DNA from: an uncultured cyanobacterium
Lineage (GTDB): Bacteria; Cyanobacteriota; Cyanobacteriia; Phormidesmidales; Phormidesmidaceae
Direction: 5' to 3'
Length of the DNA: 64,000 nucleotides
Assembly: GCA_963793265.1 (NCBI GenBank)
Contig: CAWBZI010000001.1
Span: 1,504,001 to 1,568,000, forward strand
In this document: positions 13,123-23,919 of the stretch, in pieces
How the letters are laid out: every line of letters starts with the position of its first letter
Numbering within the stretch: the stretch's first letter is position 1
Notes under the pieces: generated by a model
Database searches by the model: none
What the model saw: only the letters and a program-made list of their open reading frames with translations
Told to the model about the DNA's origin: nothing
Translations under genes and position numbers: made by a program

Positions 13123-14804
13123 CTGGCAACGGCATAGTCTACAAGCTGAAGCACTTTCTGCTTGAGCGTGTCTAGACCTAATTTATTGACTGCCGAGATG
13201 AATACTGCTTGAGGGTACTCGTCTTTGGCTAGCTCTAGAGCATCGGTGCTGGCTTCATCGAGCTTGTTAAATACCAGTAGAATTGGCCCTGGTGCGATTG
13301 GCATTTGGCCGAGCAGGCCCATCACAGACTGAATGTGCTCTTTCCAGGCTGAGTGTGAGGCATCGACCACGTGAACGAGGGCGTCGGCTTCGGTGACTTC
13401 TTCTAGGGTGGCGCGAAAGGCGTCCATTAGTGCGGGCGGCAGGTCTTGGATAAAGCCTACGGTGTCGGTGAGGACGAGCGATCGCACCTCGCAGCTATCA
13501 TCTTCTGCAATCTGGATCTTCCGAGTCGTCGGATCTAGGGTCGCAAATAGCTGATCGGCGGCATACACATCCGAGTCCGTCAGGCAGTTGAGCAGGGTAG
13601 ATTTGCCCGCGTTTGTGTAGCCGATAATCGCGACAGACGGTACAGAATTTTGCTGACGGCGCTGGCGCATTCTAGCCCGGTGCTCTTGCAGCTCGCTCAC
13701 TTCTTTTTGCAGCCGACTAATCCGCTTTTGAATGGCGCGGCGCTCGGTTTCAAGCTTCGTTTCGCCAGGGCCTCGGGTGCCAATACCGCCACCAAGCCTG
13801 GACATGGCCTGGCCGCGTCCGGTCAAACGAGGAAGCTGATATTCAAGCTGCGCGAGTTCAACTTGGAGCTTACCGGCTCCTGATTTGGCGCGCTGGGCGA
13901 AAATGTCGAGGATGAGTTCGGTGCGATCGACGACGCGGATACCGACCTGGGCCTCTAGATTGCGGATTTGGGCGGGGGAAAGATCGCGATCGCACACAAT
14001 CAAATTCGCTCCCAAGGTCTGCACGGCCAAAGCCACATCCTCGACCTTACCGGCACCAATCACCGTTCGCGGATGAGGGCGAGCGCGTTTTTGCGTCATG
14101 GTTTGCAGCACGTCGCCGCCCGCGGTTTCCACCAGCCGAGTCACTTCCTCCAGGCCATTTTCAAAAGCAGCATCGGTCATTTTGTCAGTCATCAAGCCGA
14201 CCAGGATGGCGCGATCGCGATCCGTATCGACCTGCTGCGCGACAAACACCCGGCGAAATTCTTCCTCTAGCCCTTCGGCCAAGTCCAAAAAATCTTGCTC
14301 GTCGAGGTCTTCTAGCGTCAACGGCTCAGAGACTTCCCACTTCACTTCGGGGTGGGGCACCAGATGGGCCAGGTAGCTTTCGCGGATGTAGCCGGTTGCG
14401 CCGCCGCCTTTGCGCTTGAAGCCGGAGCCGCTGAGGGTGAGCAGAGCGATCGCATCTAACCGCTGAATCGCCATGGCCGTGAGCACGCTATGGCTCGGCG
14501 GCTCTACCTTAAGCTGAGTCGCCACGCAGCGAATGCCGCACAGGCGCTCGGCACCATAGCGCGGCAGCTCCAAAACAGGAATTTGCGTTTTGTGCGGAGA
14601 GCCCACGCCAACTCGAATCACATGCCCGCGCCGGTCGATATAGGCACATATTGCCTGGTTGATGTCTGTACTCACAGCCGCCAAGCGCTGGGCAAATTCT
14701 GGCGTGGTAACGCGGTCAACCGGCAACCTTTGGTGATAGATTCTTCTGAGTTCTTTGAGCTGACTGGTTTTCAGCCCCTTTAGCTCGCCGTAAATTTTCT
14801 CTAT
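13119..14804 (-). CDS. hflX: Ribosome-splitting GTPase HflX (probable ATA start)
   Basis: GYTNAGKST, LFATLDPT, DTVGF, NKLD. Frame stays open upstream of TTG 14726 to ATA 14804, which has an AGGAG Shine-Dalgarno. Confidence 0.93.
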   Translation of the reverse strand: MEKIYGELKGLKTSQLKELRRIYHQRLPVDRVTTPEFAQRLAAVSTDINQAICAYIDRRGHVIRVGVGSPHKTQIPVLELPRYGAERLCGIRCVATQLKVEPPSHSVLTAMAIQRLDAIALLTLSGSGFKRKGGGATGYIRESYLAHLVPHPEVKWEVSEPLTLEDLDEQDFLDLAEGLEEEFRRVFVAQQVDTDRDRAILVGLMTDKMTDAAFENGLEEVTRLVETAGGDVLQTMTQKRARPHPRTVIGAGKVEDVALAVQTLGANLIVCDRDLSPAQIRNLEAQVGIRVVDRTELILDIFAQRAKSGAGKLQVELAQLEYQLPRLTGRGQAMSRLGGGIGTRGPGETKLETERRAIQKRISRLQKEVSELQEHRARMRQRRQQNSVPSVAIIGYTNAGKSTLLNCLTDSDVYAADQLFATLDPTTRKIQIAEDDSCEVRSLVLTDTVGFIQDLPPALMDAFRATLEEVTEADALVHVVDASHSAWKEHIQSVMGLLGQMPIAPGPILLVFNKLDEASTDALELAKDEYPQAVFISAVNKLGLDTLKQKVLQLVDYAVAS

Positions 14805-15288
14805 GGGGTCACTCCTAAAACAATTGCAGTTCTCTCTATTCTAGAGAGGTGAGCGCGCAGGCTTCACAGAGCTTAAAGATAGAAATACTCCAAGTAGTAC
14901 ACTTAATAGTACAATCAAGCGCAAGGGAGTTAATATTGCAGCGATTACTACGGTTTTCTTCAAATGTCAGGCTTTTATCTTATTTAGGTCTGTCGGAATA
15001 TTGAGGAATAGATTGCCTTGGCTCTATAAACTGGAGTAAAAGCTATAAGCTAGCTCTCGTTAACAAAAGACTAGCGATCGCAGCTAGTCACCTTGCAGTG
15101 AAGGCGCTACTATGGTGCCTTAATTTATACTTTGCTTACTGTCAGTACTTTTTAGGCAGTTCTTTTACAGCTGAATGGGCTATTACTTTCGGAATGGTCA
15201 TCGGCTCTTTAAAGTGACAAGAACTCTCTAAAAAAAGCACAGCATAGCGAAGTTTTAGTTCTCTGTCCTTAACTAAATACCCACTACT

Positions 15289-15708
15289 ATGACTACCGAA
15301 TTTAAAACAGACGAGCCTGTCGTCACCAACGGCGTCCGAACGCCCGCAGAAGCCACCGAACCGCCTGCTAATGAGTCGGTTGAACAATTGAAAGCTGTGA
15401 CCGCTAAAGTGGTCGATAGCCTGGGAGAATTGCCCAAGTACTTTGGTGAGTTTTTTCGAGAGTACAAGCGACCTTTGCTTGCGTTGGGCCTTATTTTCGG
15501 CGCGTTTATCGCCGTCAAGCTCACCCTGGCAATCTTAGATGCCATCAACGATGTGCCCGTACTAGCGCCTTTGTTTGAGCTAATCGGCCTCATTTATAGC
15601 GGCTGGTTTATCTACCGCTATCTACTCAAGGCATCCAATCGCGCTGAACTTGCTAGCGAGATGAACGGCCTCAAAGATCAGGTTTTGGGTCGAGCTTCTC
15701 AGATGTAG
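15289..15708 (+). CDS. curT: CAAD/CURT1 thylakoid curvature protein
   Basis: LAILDAINDVPVLAPLFELIGLIYSGWFIYRYLL. Confidence 0.88.
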   Translation: MTTEFKTDEPVVTNGVRTPAEATEPPANESVEQLKAVTAKVVDSLGELPKYFGEFFREYKRPLLALGLIFGAFIAVKLTLAILDAINDVPVLAPLFELIGLIYSGWFIYRYLLKASNRAELASEMNGLKDQVLGRASQM

Positions 15709-15755
15709 ATTTGCTCAAAGCTTTTGAGATGAGTCTATTTAGATAAGCACATCGT

Positions 15756-15800
15756 AAATGCCGGTTGCCTTCCGATTCTTTGGAACGACCGGCATTTTTT
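15756..15800 (+). terminator. Intrinsic terminator after curT
   Basis: AAATGCCGGTTG...CGACCGGCATTTTTT hairpin plus U tract. Confidence 0.75.
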
Positions 15801-15960
15801 ATGGCATTTTTACATGGCATTTGTAAGCACTGGGAAACCCGAACATCGGCCCGGTCTGTCGCCTTTAATTTTGCCTCCTATACTAAAGGGAAAGAGATTT
15901 GGAGACTACCACCGAAAGTCTGTACAAGAAGAAGACTGGTGGGCTTTGCGAGGCAATAGC

Positions 15961-17322
15961 ATGAATGCAGCGTTAGATGTTAAAGAACTGAACCCAAACG
16001 TGATGAAGGCGGTGGAGTCTCTTGACTACCGGGTGACGGTGGGCGATGTGGCTGCAAAGGCGGGTTTGAATGTGGAGGTGGCGCAGCAGGGGTTGCTGGC
16101 GCTGGCCTCGGAGACGCAAGGGCATTTGCAGGTGTCGGAAACGGGCGAGATTGCCTATGAGTTTCCGAAAAACTTTAGGGGCGTGCTGCGCAGTAAGTAC
16201 TGGCAGTTGCGCTTTAAGGAGTCGGCGGCGAAGGTGTGGCGGGTGGTGTTTTACCTGATTCGCATTTCGTTTGGCTTGCTGCTAATGCTGTCGATTGCGG
16301 TAATTGCGATCGCAATTTTGGCACTCACCGTTGCAATGGCTAGCCAGGGTGGCGGCGGCAACAACCGAGACGATCGGGGCGGCGGTGGATTCATGATTTT
16401 CCCCACCAACTTCTTTTATTTCTTCAGCCCAGGCTACGGACGCAGGCGCTACTACTCTAACGGCTATGGCCGACGTGGGATGAGTCCGGCGAGGCGATCG
16501 CAGGGACGCGCGCCGAGCGATCAGCCCAACTTCCTTGAAGCTATCTTCTCCTTTCTCTTTGGCGACGGCGATCCTAATGCCGACCTAGAAGAACGTCGCT
16601 GGCAAACAATCGGAACGGTAATTGCTAACAACAAAGGCGCGGTTACGGCTGAGCAAATTGCACCTTATTTAGACGACTTAGGCGAAGGCTCTGATCGAGA
16701 GTTTGAAGACTACATGCTGCCAGTACTCAGCCGCTTTAACGGTGTGCCTGAAGTGAGCCCAACCGGAGACTTGGTGTATTACTTTCCAGAGCTTCAGGTC
16801 ACCGCAGCTCAGAGAAGATCTTCTAATGTAGCGGCTTATTTGAAAGAGGTTAAGCGTAAGTTTACATCGGCCTCTTCGGGGCAGGTGATGGGTGCGATCG
16901 CATTAGGCTCATTAAACATTGTTGGCGCTTTAGTGCTTTGGAATATGTTTCAAAGCGCAGTGGCTCAGGGCATCGTGCTCACCGGATATTTAGCACTGGT
17001 TCAATCTATCTTCTGGGTGCTGCTCGCTTACGGGATTGGCTTTTTAGGCATTCCTTTAGCTCGCTATTACTGGACGCAGTGGCGCAACAGCAAAATTGAA
17101 AAGCGCAACGAAGAACGCGCCGATCGGGCAATCATGCTCAACCAGTTAAGCGGTGTCGATCGCTTTCAGCAAAAGCTGGCCTTTGCCCATCAGTTTGCTG
17201 AGCAGAAGGTACTGCGGGCTGATGAGTCTGTTTACGACTCTGGCAAGGACATGCTGACCCAAGAGCTTGAGCAAAAGGATCGAATAGACGCTGAGTTTCA
17301 GCGGCGGCTTAACGAGATTTGA
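15961..17322 (+). CDS. Conserved cyanobacterial/plastid membrane protein (At5g03900-like)
   Basis: YRVTVGDVAA, FSFLFGDGDPN, YYFPEL; several TM segments; ATG at 15961. Confidence 0.7.
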   Translation: MNAALDVKELNPNVMKAVESLDYRVTVGDVAAKAGLNVEVAQQGLLALASETQGHLQVSETGEIAYEFPKNFRGVLRSKYWQLRFKESAAKVWRVVFYLIRISFGLLLMLSIAVIAIAILALTVAMASQGGGGNNRDDRGGGGFMIFPTNFFYFFSPGYGRRRYYSNGYGRRGMSPARRSQGRAPSDQPNFLEAIFSFLFGDGDPNADLEERRWQTIGTVIANNKGAVTAEQIAPYLDDLGEGSDREFEDYMLPVLSRFNGVPEVSPTGDLVYYFPELQVTAAQRRSSNVAAYLKEVKRKFTSASSGQVMGAIALGSLNIVGALVLWNMFQSAVAQGIVLTGYLALVQSIFWVLLAYGIGFLGIPLARYYWTQWRNSKIEKRNEERADRAIMLNQLSGVDRFQQKLAFAHQFAEQKVLRADESVYDSGKDMLTQELEQKDRIDAEFQRRLNEI

Positions 17323-17358
17323 TGATGTCTTTGGGTAGGGTGTAGAGATTGTTGCGAA

Positions 17359-20300
17359 CTACTGCTGAATCAGCGACAACAACTGCTCTGTCGAAACCTT
17401 ACCGCTCGCATCCGATCCTGTCAGCAAACTATCGGCAAGATCGCGCTTGAGCTTATGCAAAGAGACAATCTTGTCTTCAATCGTTCCTTTGGCCACCAGT
17501 CGATAAATCGTCACCGGGCGCTGCTGTCCAATCCGATAGGCTCTATCGCTCGCCTGATCTTCTACCGCCGGATTCCACCAGGGATCCATATGTATCACGT
17601 AGTCTGCCGCCGTCAGGTTTAAGCCCGTTCCACCCGCTTTAAGACTGATTAAAAACACGTCGCCTTCACCGTCTTGAAAGGCATCAACACGCACCTTCCG
17701 TTGCTTCGCGGGCGTACTGCCATCAAGATACTGATAGGAAATCTTTTGCTTATCTAAATGCTTACGCAAGATTTTGAGATGATCAACAAACTGGCTGAAT
17801 ACCAGCGCCTTATGACCGTTGTCCAACAGTTCTGCAATCAGATCAGCAAACTGCTGCAACTTTGTGCTCTCTATGCCTAGCTCAGGTCGCACTAATGCCG
17901 GATTGCAGCAGGCACGACGCAGCCGCATAATTTCAGCAAGCACCTGCAAATGCTTTTGGCCCGCCTGCACCTCTTTGCCGCTCAGCTTTTCTAGCGCCTC
18001 TCTTCTTAACGCCTCGTAAAAGGCCATCTCATCATCACTCAGCTCTACAGGCAGCGTAATTTCTGTTCGCGAGGGCAGCTCCGTAAGCACCTGATCTTTT
18101 GTACGGCGCAAGATGAAGGGCTGAATAATCTTTCTAAGCGCATCGCGGGCGGCTTCGTCTTGGTCGCGCTCAATCGGGTTAGCAAAGCGGAGATTGAAGC
18201 TGTCGAGCGAGCCTAGCAGGCCCGGATTAATGAAGCGAAACAGGTTCCAGAGTTCGCCCAGGTGATTTTCAATTGGGGTGCCAGTCATGATGATTTTGAA
18301 GCTGCCCTGTAGGGCCATCACGGCTTGCGATCGCCTAGTCGCCTGATTCTTAATCGCCTGCGCCTCATCAAGCACAATGGTTTCCCAACTCACCTCCGCC
18401 AGCATATTAGCCACCTCATCCTGCTGCAAAAGCCCATAGCTACACACCAGCAGATCCTTCGGCCCCAGGCTCTCTACAAGCTGCTGCCGACTACCCGTAC
18501 CAAAGCTTTTCACCTGCAAACTCGGCGCAAATCGCTCGGCCTCACTGCTCCAGTTCATACACACCGAAGTCGGCGCAATCACTAGCGTTGGCCCCTTACG
18601 ACAGCGGCTCAGAATCACGGCGAGTCCTTGCAGGGTTTTGCCCAAGCCCATATCGTCAGCTAGGCAAGCGCCCACACCCCAGCGCGCCAGCCTAGACAGC
18701 CAAACATAGCCTTCACGCTGATAGTCTCGTAGCTTAGCCTTAAGCCCGCTTGGCAGTTTGGGCTTGATCTGCTGCGCCGTTTTAATGCGTTTGATATGCG
18801 ATCGCCACGCCTGATCAACCTCAAGCTGTTTCATACCAGCCATGGCTTCATCAAGCGCCAAAGCGGCGGTTCCATGAATTCGCACCTCGTTACTACGAGA
18901 CTCCGACACCCGGCTTAGAGACTGCAAGCGCCTGCGAAACTCATCTGTGAGCGCCAAAAACTCTCCACCTGCTAGCGGAATAAACTGCCCGGTGGCTGAG
19001 TTCATCAGCAACATAAGCTGTTGCAGATCAACCACATGTCCTTCGCTGACCTGCAATTCTCCACTGGCCGCAAACCAGTCTTTTTTGCGATGAATGTTGA
19101 TCTTAAAATCGCTAACGCCAAACTGACGAGAGATCTTAAACTTCTCACCTTCTGGCCATTCAACCTTCACCTTCTCTCCGAGTTCTTGAAGCTGCAACAA
19201 TAGCGCTAAGCAATCAGAAGTCTCATCAACTAGCCACTCTCCCGAGTCCGCCTTATACTGCTGAAGCACCGCGCACGCTCTCTTCACCGCGCTGGTATTT
19301 TTCCTCTCCATCTGTAGATCTCTCTGCGTTTGCAGACGATTACCCTCTACTTCGGCAATCACTGTCTCCCCACCTTTCCCCGGCGGATAGTAAGCACCAC
19401 CTGTCGAAAACGGGCGAACTAGCAGCGATACTTTTAGCCCTTCACCTGCGGGCAGTAAATGCACGTGCGGGGTCGCATCGGCAGGCACTTCTTCGGCGTC
19501 TGTACCGCCACCGATATCGGATTGAATGGTGACCAAGCTCGCAATAGAGGCGATCGCATCTAACACCTTTTCTTCAGCAGCAGCAGGCACCTCTAACTGA
19601 TTTCGCGGCCCCAACACCTGCGCAATTCGCTGGTGCTGCTCATTAATCACAATCACCTTTAGCCGAGTCGGCGTTTCTTTTACCACCAGCACATCAGAAT
19701 TTTTCACAGGCGGCGATAGCGCTAGGCGGAGGCGATCGCTATCCAACCGTTTCACCAACAGCTCAGGCTCACCAGCCACCACATCTACTCGCACGGTTGG
19801 CGCGTCTTCCCAAAAGACTAGGGGATGCCCGATGAGCGATCGCAATGCCTCAGCCGTAAACGTATACTTAGGCTTGGAATACTGAGAATAATAGTGTTCC
19901 TCGTACCCGACCTCTAGACCGTCGCAAACCTGTCTGTCCTGGTCAGTGAAGTAGTCTATTTTTTCAGTAGCAAGGCGCTTTAGGGCGATCGCCTTGCCCT
20001 TTGTCCAGCCACCTTTTACGCTAAGTTTTTGTTCTATTGGCGTAAGCGACCAAAAGGTAGAAGAGATAAATCGCAGCCGCCAAACTAAACGAAAGGTAGC
20101 CTGTGGAACAGCCGTCTCTTCAACAGCTTGTGGGCTCACTAAATTGGTAAGCGCGTTTAGCGATAGCTCCCAGGCAGCTTTCTTTTGAATAACACCGAGC
20201 AAAGGAAGACTTTGTGTTCTATCTCGCAGCGCAATGATATTCTCGGCATAGATACTTTTGTTTTGATAGCTCACCAACAGTTCAGCAGTCTCTAGTGCGA

Positions 20301-21582
20301 TCCAGTCGTAGCCTGCGTTGAGTGCGCTTTGGCACAGAGGCGGTAGCTCGGCAGCAAAGCGCTGGCCGATATGCTGGGTATCTAGCCAATAAAGGCTGTA
20401 GATTTCGATAAGAAAGGGTAGGCCCGCATTGCTGAAAGCGTGTTGCGTAAACTGTTCTGCGGTTTCTGTTCCTGTGGCAAATTTTCCTTGCTGCGTATGT
20501 AGAACGCTTCGCAGCATTGGCATACTGCGCTTGAGCCCATGTTCTTTTTGTCGTAGTAATAAAGAGGCGTATTTCTCAGCTTCGGCGTAGGCTGTAGGGC
20601 TACCGTCTTTGAGCAGAGCAAAAAAGAAGAGAGCGGCGGCTGACTGTTCAAACCATTCGGCCTTAGCAGATTGTGATTTGCCAGTAGCTTTTAAAGCGCT
20701 GCGGTAGTGGGCTAGGGCTTCTGTATTTTGATCAAAGAGAAAGGCGATCACACCCAACAAAGCGCTATGACTCGCCTTATCATCGCCCGTGACTTTAGTA
20801 TTTGCGAGTACATCGGCAGCTTCGTTGATGTAGCCGCGCAACCATAGCTGCTCAGCATAAACAAGGCATAGCGCCGGGCTCAACTGATAATCGTTATAGG
20901 CTTCTTCTAGCAGGGCAAAAGGCTCATGAGCAGGTGCGCCCTTTTCTACAGCATCTCTCAGAATGACGCTCAGCCCAAGCTCAAAAAACTCTCTAGAAAG
21001 GCCGTTGAACCAGTCTACGTCAAAAGGATTTGTGAGTGCCTGTCGTAGTACCTCTGGGAAAGAAACGGTCGCTGGCCAGTAAACGTGCTTAAGGTCTTCG
21101 AGTAGCGCGTCTATTTCCCGCAGGTCTTGCCGGTAGATGGCAATTCTTAGCTCTCGGATGAACTGGGATTCTTGACGAAAGTTTAGCGGGCCGTCAGGAT
21201 AGCGTTCATAAACAGGGAAGTGGGTTGCGATCGCCATAGCAATCGGCTCAAATGTGCCTGCAACAACCGCATCTCGCACCACAATATCAATCAGAACCTC
21301 ATGACAGTGAACGCCCTTTGACCGCTGCTGACTGAGAATATCCTGGTCAACCAGTTCTGTTATGAGCCCTCTAAAAGGTTTGGTTTCTATAGGCTCAATT
21401 TCTAGATGTTCGAGAAGATCGCTGTTTCGAGCGATCGCACTATTCCAGCACTTAAACGCGACTTCACGGCTAACAGGTTCGTAGAGTATGGCGATGACCT
21501 GGACGAGCGATCGCGCCGCATCCGATAGCTGCCGGTACTTTTTCTCAAGCGCCCGTTGCTGTGGGGTCATCACAAAACTCAT
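17359..21582 (-). CDS. SNF2-family helicase/ATPase with long N-terminal region
   Basis: LADDMGLGKT, DEAQ, TGTPIEN, QASDRAYRIGQ. Confidence 0.92.
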   Translation of the reverse strand: MSFVMTPQQRALEKKYRQLSDAARSLVQVIAILYEPVSREVAFKCWNSAIARNSDLLEHLEIEPIETKPFRGLITELVDQDILSQQRSKGVHCHEVLIDIVVRDAVVAGTFEPIAMAIATHFPVYERYPDGPLNFRQESQFIRELRIAIYRQDLREIDALLEDLKHVYWPATVSFPEVLRQALTNPFDVDWFNGLSREFFELGLSVILRDAVEKGAPAHEPFALLEEAYNDYQLSPALCLVYAEQLWLRGYINEAADVLANTKVTGDDKASHSALLGVIAFLFDQNTEALAHYRSALKATGKSQSAKAEWFEQSAAALFFFALLKDGSPTAYAEAEKYASLLLRQKEHGLKRSMPMLRSVLHTQQGKFATGTETAEQFTQHAFSNAGLPFLIEIYSLYWLDTQHIGQRFAAELPPLCQSALNAGYDWIALETAELLVSYQNKSIYAENIIALRDRTQSLPLLGVIQKKAAWELSLNALTNLVSPQAVEETAVPQATFRLVWRLRFISSTFWSLTPIEQKLSVKGGWTKGKAIALKRLATEKIDYFTDQDRQVCDGLEVGYEEHYYSQYSKPKYTFTAEALRSLIGHPLVFWEDAPTVRVDVVAGEPELLVKRLDSDRLRLALSPPVKNSDVLVVKETPTRLKVIVINEQHQRIAQVLGPRNQLEVPAAAEEKVLDAIASIASLVTIQSDIGGGTDAEEVPADATPHVHLLPAGEGLKVSLLVRPFSTGGAYYPPGKGGETVIAEVEGNRLQTQRDLQMERKNTSAVKRACAVLQQYKADSGEWLVDETSDCLALLLQLQELGEKVKVEWPEGEKFKISRQFGVSDFKINIHRKKDWFAASGELQVSEGHVVDLQQLMLLMNSATGQFIPLAGGEFLALTDEFRRRLQSLSRVSESRSNEVRIHGTAALALDEAMAGMKQLEVDQAWRSHIKRIKTAQQIKPKLPSGLKAKLRDYQREGYVWLSRLARWGVGACLADDMGLGKTLQGLAVILSRCRKGPTLVIAPTSVCMNWSSEAERFAPSLQVKSFGTGSRQQLVESLGPKDLLVCSYGLLQQDEVANMLAEVSWETIVLDEAQAIKNQATRRSQAVMALQGSFKIIMTGTPIENHLGELWNLFRFINPGLLGSLDSFNLRFANPIERDQDEAARDALRKIIQPFILRRTKDQVLTELPSRTEITLPVELSDDEMAFYEALRREALEKLSGKEVQAGQKHLQVLAEIMRLRRACCNPALVRPELGIESTKLQQFADLIAELLDNGHKALVFSQFVDHLKILRKHLDKQKISYQYLDGSTPAKQRKVRVDAFQDGEGDVFLISLKAGGTGLNLTAADYVIHMDPWWNPAVEDQASDRAYRIGQQRPVTIYRLVAKGTIEDKIVSLHKLKRDLADSLLTGSDASGKVSTEQLLSLIQQ

Positions 21583-21588
21583 AGCCGT

Positions 21589-22488
21589 TTAGTCCCAATT
21601 CTCACGACGCAACAGCGGATTAATAAACTCGTTGAGCCCTTCGCCAATCAGCGACAGACCTGTCACCATCGTCGTAATCGCCAATCCTGGAAAGAGCGCC
21701 GTCCACCATATACCTGTCGGCAAAGCATCCAGTGCCTTGCGCAAAGCATCGCCCCACTCAGGCGTAGCCCCTGGTAAGCCAAGGCCCAAAAAGCCCAGTC
21801 CGCCCAGCACCAGCACCGCGTCCGCCGCATTCAATGTAAAGAGTACTGGCACACTTTGCACAACGTTAAGAAACAAATAGCGAGAGAGCACCACCCAGGT
21901 AGACGCGCCCATCGATTGGGCGGCCTCAATAAATAGCTCCGTTTTAACGCTAACGGTGTGGTTGCGAACCACCCGGTAGTACTGAGGCACGTAGGCAATG
22001 GAAAGCGCCACGGCTGCATTAACGACGCCACGGCCCACCACAAAAGCCAGCGTGACTGACAGCAAAAGCCCCGGCAGCGTGTAAATCGTGTCCATAAAAA
22101 ACAGCAGTATTCGGTCAATAGCGCCGCCTCGATAGCCGCTCACCATGCCCAGCGGTACGCCAATTGCCAGGCTCATTACCGTGGCTAAAATCACTACCTG
22201 CCAGGCCGCCCGAGCACCGTAGAGCGTCCGCGCGAAAATATCATAGCCTTCGCGATCTGTGCCGAACCAGTGCGCACTAGAAGGTGGCTCGTGCGGAATA
22301 TTGGCTAAGCCTTGCAGCGGATCTTGAATCCAGCCCCAGCTTTGCATAAGCGGGGCGAACAGGGCGGCTAATACAAACACCAGCGTGATTGAGATGCCTG
22401 CATACATCAGCGCCACCGAAATGGTCAGCGGGCGATCGCTCCCCTTAAAAAGTCCACCTAAAAAGCTGCGTCGTGTTTCTGGAGCCAT
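21589..22488 (-). CDS. Peptide/nickel ABC transporter permease (DppC/OppC type)
   Basis: HWFGTD...DIF, EAA loop (FIEAAQSMGAS), PEWG. Confidence 0.9.
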   Translation of the reverse strand: MAPETRRSFLGGLFKGSDRPLTISVALMYAGISITLVFVLAALFAPLMQSWGWIQDPLQGLANIPHEPPSSAHWFGTDREGYDIFARTLYGARAAWQVVILATVMSLAIGVPLGMVSGYRGGAIDRILLFFMDTIYTLPGLLLSVTLAFVVGRGVVNAAVALSIAYVPQYYRVVRNHTVSVKTELFIEAAQSMGASTWVVLSRYLFLNVVQSVPVLFTLNAADAVLVLGGLGFLGLGLPGATPEWGDALRKALDALPTGIWWTALFPGLAITTMVTGLSLIGEGLNEFINPLLRRENWD

Positions 22489-22575
22489 GACTATAATCGC
22501 TTAGTAAAGTCGGCTTTTATTGTCGCAGGGATTGAGCAATCTGGTGACTTTCTATTGATATTTCGAGGATTCATT

Positions 22576-23356
22576 GTGCGCGATCGCCCCCACTCTCGCC
22601 AAGACGCTACCCAACGCTTTTCCGACCGAGTAGAAAACTACGTTCGCTATCGCCCGAGCTACCCGTCAGGCGTCCTTGCCCTGCTACAGCAAGAAACCCA
22701 CCTAACGCCTACCGACAGCATCGCAGATATTGGCTCAGGTACGGGCATTTCTGCCGAGCTGTTTTTGCGTAATGGCAATTCAGTTTTTGGCGTAGAGCCG
22801 AATTCAGCAATGCGGTTAGCAGCAGCGCAACAGTTACGCTCATATCCAACCTTTCACAGCGTCACAGGTACCGCCGAATCAACAACGCTACCGAGTCAGT
22901 CTGTTGATTATGTAATAGCCGCTCAAGCTTTTCACTGGTTTGATCAGCAAAAGGCTAAACAAGAGTTTGCGCGTATTCTTAAGCCCGAAGGATGGGTTGT
23001 ATTGATCTGGAATTCTAGACGAACAGAATCAACCGCGTTCCTTCGTGACTATGAAGCGCTGCTACAGCAGTACGGTACTGACTACAAAGAGATTCGTCAT
23101 AAGAATATTGTACTGCTTGAGCTGCAAGCTTTCTTCAACGGATCGGTAGAAACAAAATCTCTCTACAACGAACAGCTTCTTCGATTTCACCGCACTCAAA
23201 GGAAGGCTTCTTTCTTCGTCTTACACACCTAATGAACAGCATCCAAACTTTCAGCAGATGGTAGACGCACTAGAGAAGATATTTAAGACGCATCAGCAGG
23301 CAGGCAAGGTATGTGTTGAGTACGATACTGAAATTTACTTTGGTCGCATGGTGTAG
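22576..23356 (+). pseudogene. Class I SAM methyltransferase, frameshifted near 23180
   Basis: ADIGSGTG and AAQAFHWF. The C-terminus (FDFTALKGRLLSSSYTP...YFGRMV*) continues in another frame to TAG 23356. Confidence 0.8.
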
Positions 23357-23407
23357 TGCGATCGCTTCAAGAAACAAATCAACTCCTTGAAGCGACAAAC
23401 CTGCCCC

Positions 23408-23674
23408 TTACCCGCGTTCTACCTTCACCTGCTTCGTAAGAATGACCATTATCTCGTTGACCTTGCCCGTCGAAATCGGCTGACTCCAATCGTTCGGCTC
23501 AGCGTAGCCCAAGGTGTATAGCAGCTTAATCGTGGCTTGCACCGTGAGCAGATTGCCATATATCATGTGGCGCACTCGATTAGGATCGGCACTGGGTTCT
23601 GAGGCGGGCGGCTCAAAACCGCTGGCATTGGAAGTTTTGGGCGCTGATGCGTCCGAGGTATCGGGTATAAACAT
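23408..23674 (-). CDS. Small cyanobacterial hypothetical protein (LGYAE...WS family)
   Basis: RHMIYG...TIKLLYTLGYAEPNDWS resembles a multi-copy cyanobacterial family. ATG at 23674 with GGAG upstream. Confidence 0.7.
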   Translation of the reverse strand: MFIPDTSDASAPKTSNASGFEPPASEPSADPNRVRHMIYGNLLTVQATIKLLYTLGYAEPNDWSQPISTGKVNEIMVILTKQVKVERG

Positions 23675-23913
23675 GAGGGTCTGATCTCCAAAAAGGTGAG
23701 TCGTTTTGAGGAAATCAGAACCCAAAAGAGCTGAGCCACCCCGCAAAATGAAGTACGAATCGAGGTGGCAAAGGGTTACAGTAACCCTAGCCTCCAGACT
23801 GGTGTGATCAGTTTGTCAGGTTAGCCGTCGGTTAGGTGTTGTAGCACCTGCCGATGGCGCTCGGCAAAATTGAGTTCTGAGGAAGTAGAATTGTGATAGG
23901 CATCACAGCTCTG
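23675..23913 (-). ncRNA. Putative structured 5' leader / cis-regulatory RNA
   Basis: At least five hairpins between the predicted promoter and the ATG; one covers the RBS. Confidence 0.5.
23892..23907. promoter_or_regulatory. CRP-type operator TGTGA-N6-TCACA
   Basis: TGTGAtaggcaTCACA is an exact consensus match. Confidence 0.55.
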
Positions 23914-23919
23914 ACACTG

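Noticed and set aside
15814..15960. N-terminal 49 aa of the 502-aa ORF
   Set aside because: Begins right after the curT terminator and looks non-conserved; ATG 15961 is more plausible.
17359..21582. SNF2 helicase as part of a defence system
   Set aside because: No methylase, nuclease or other defence partner is adjacent; neighbours are housekeeping genes.
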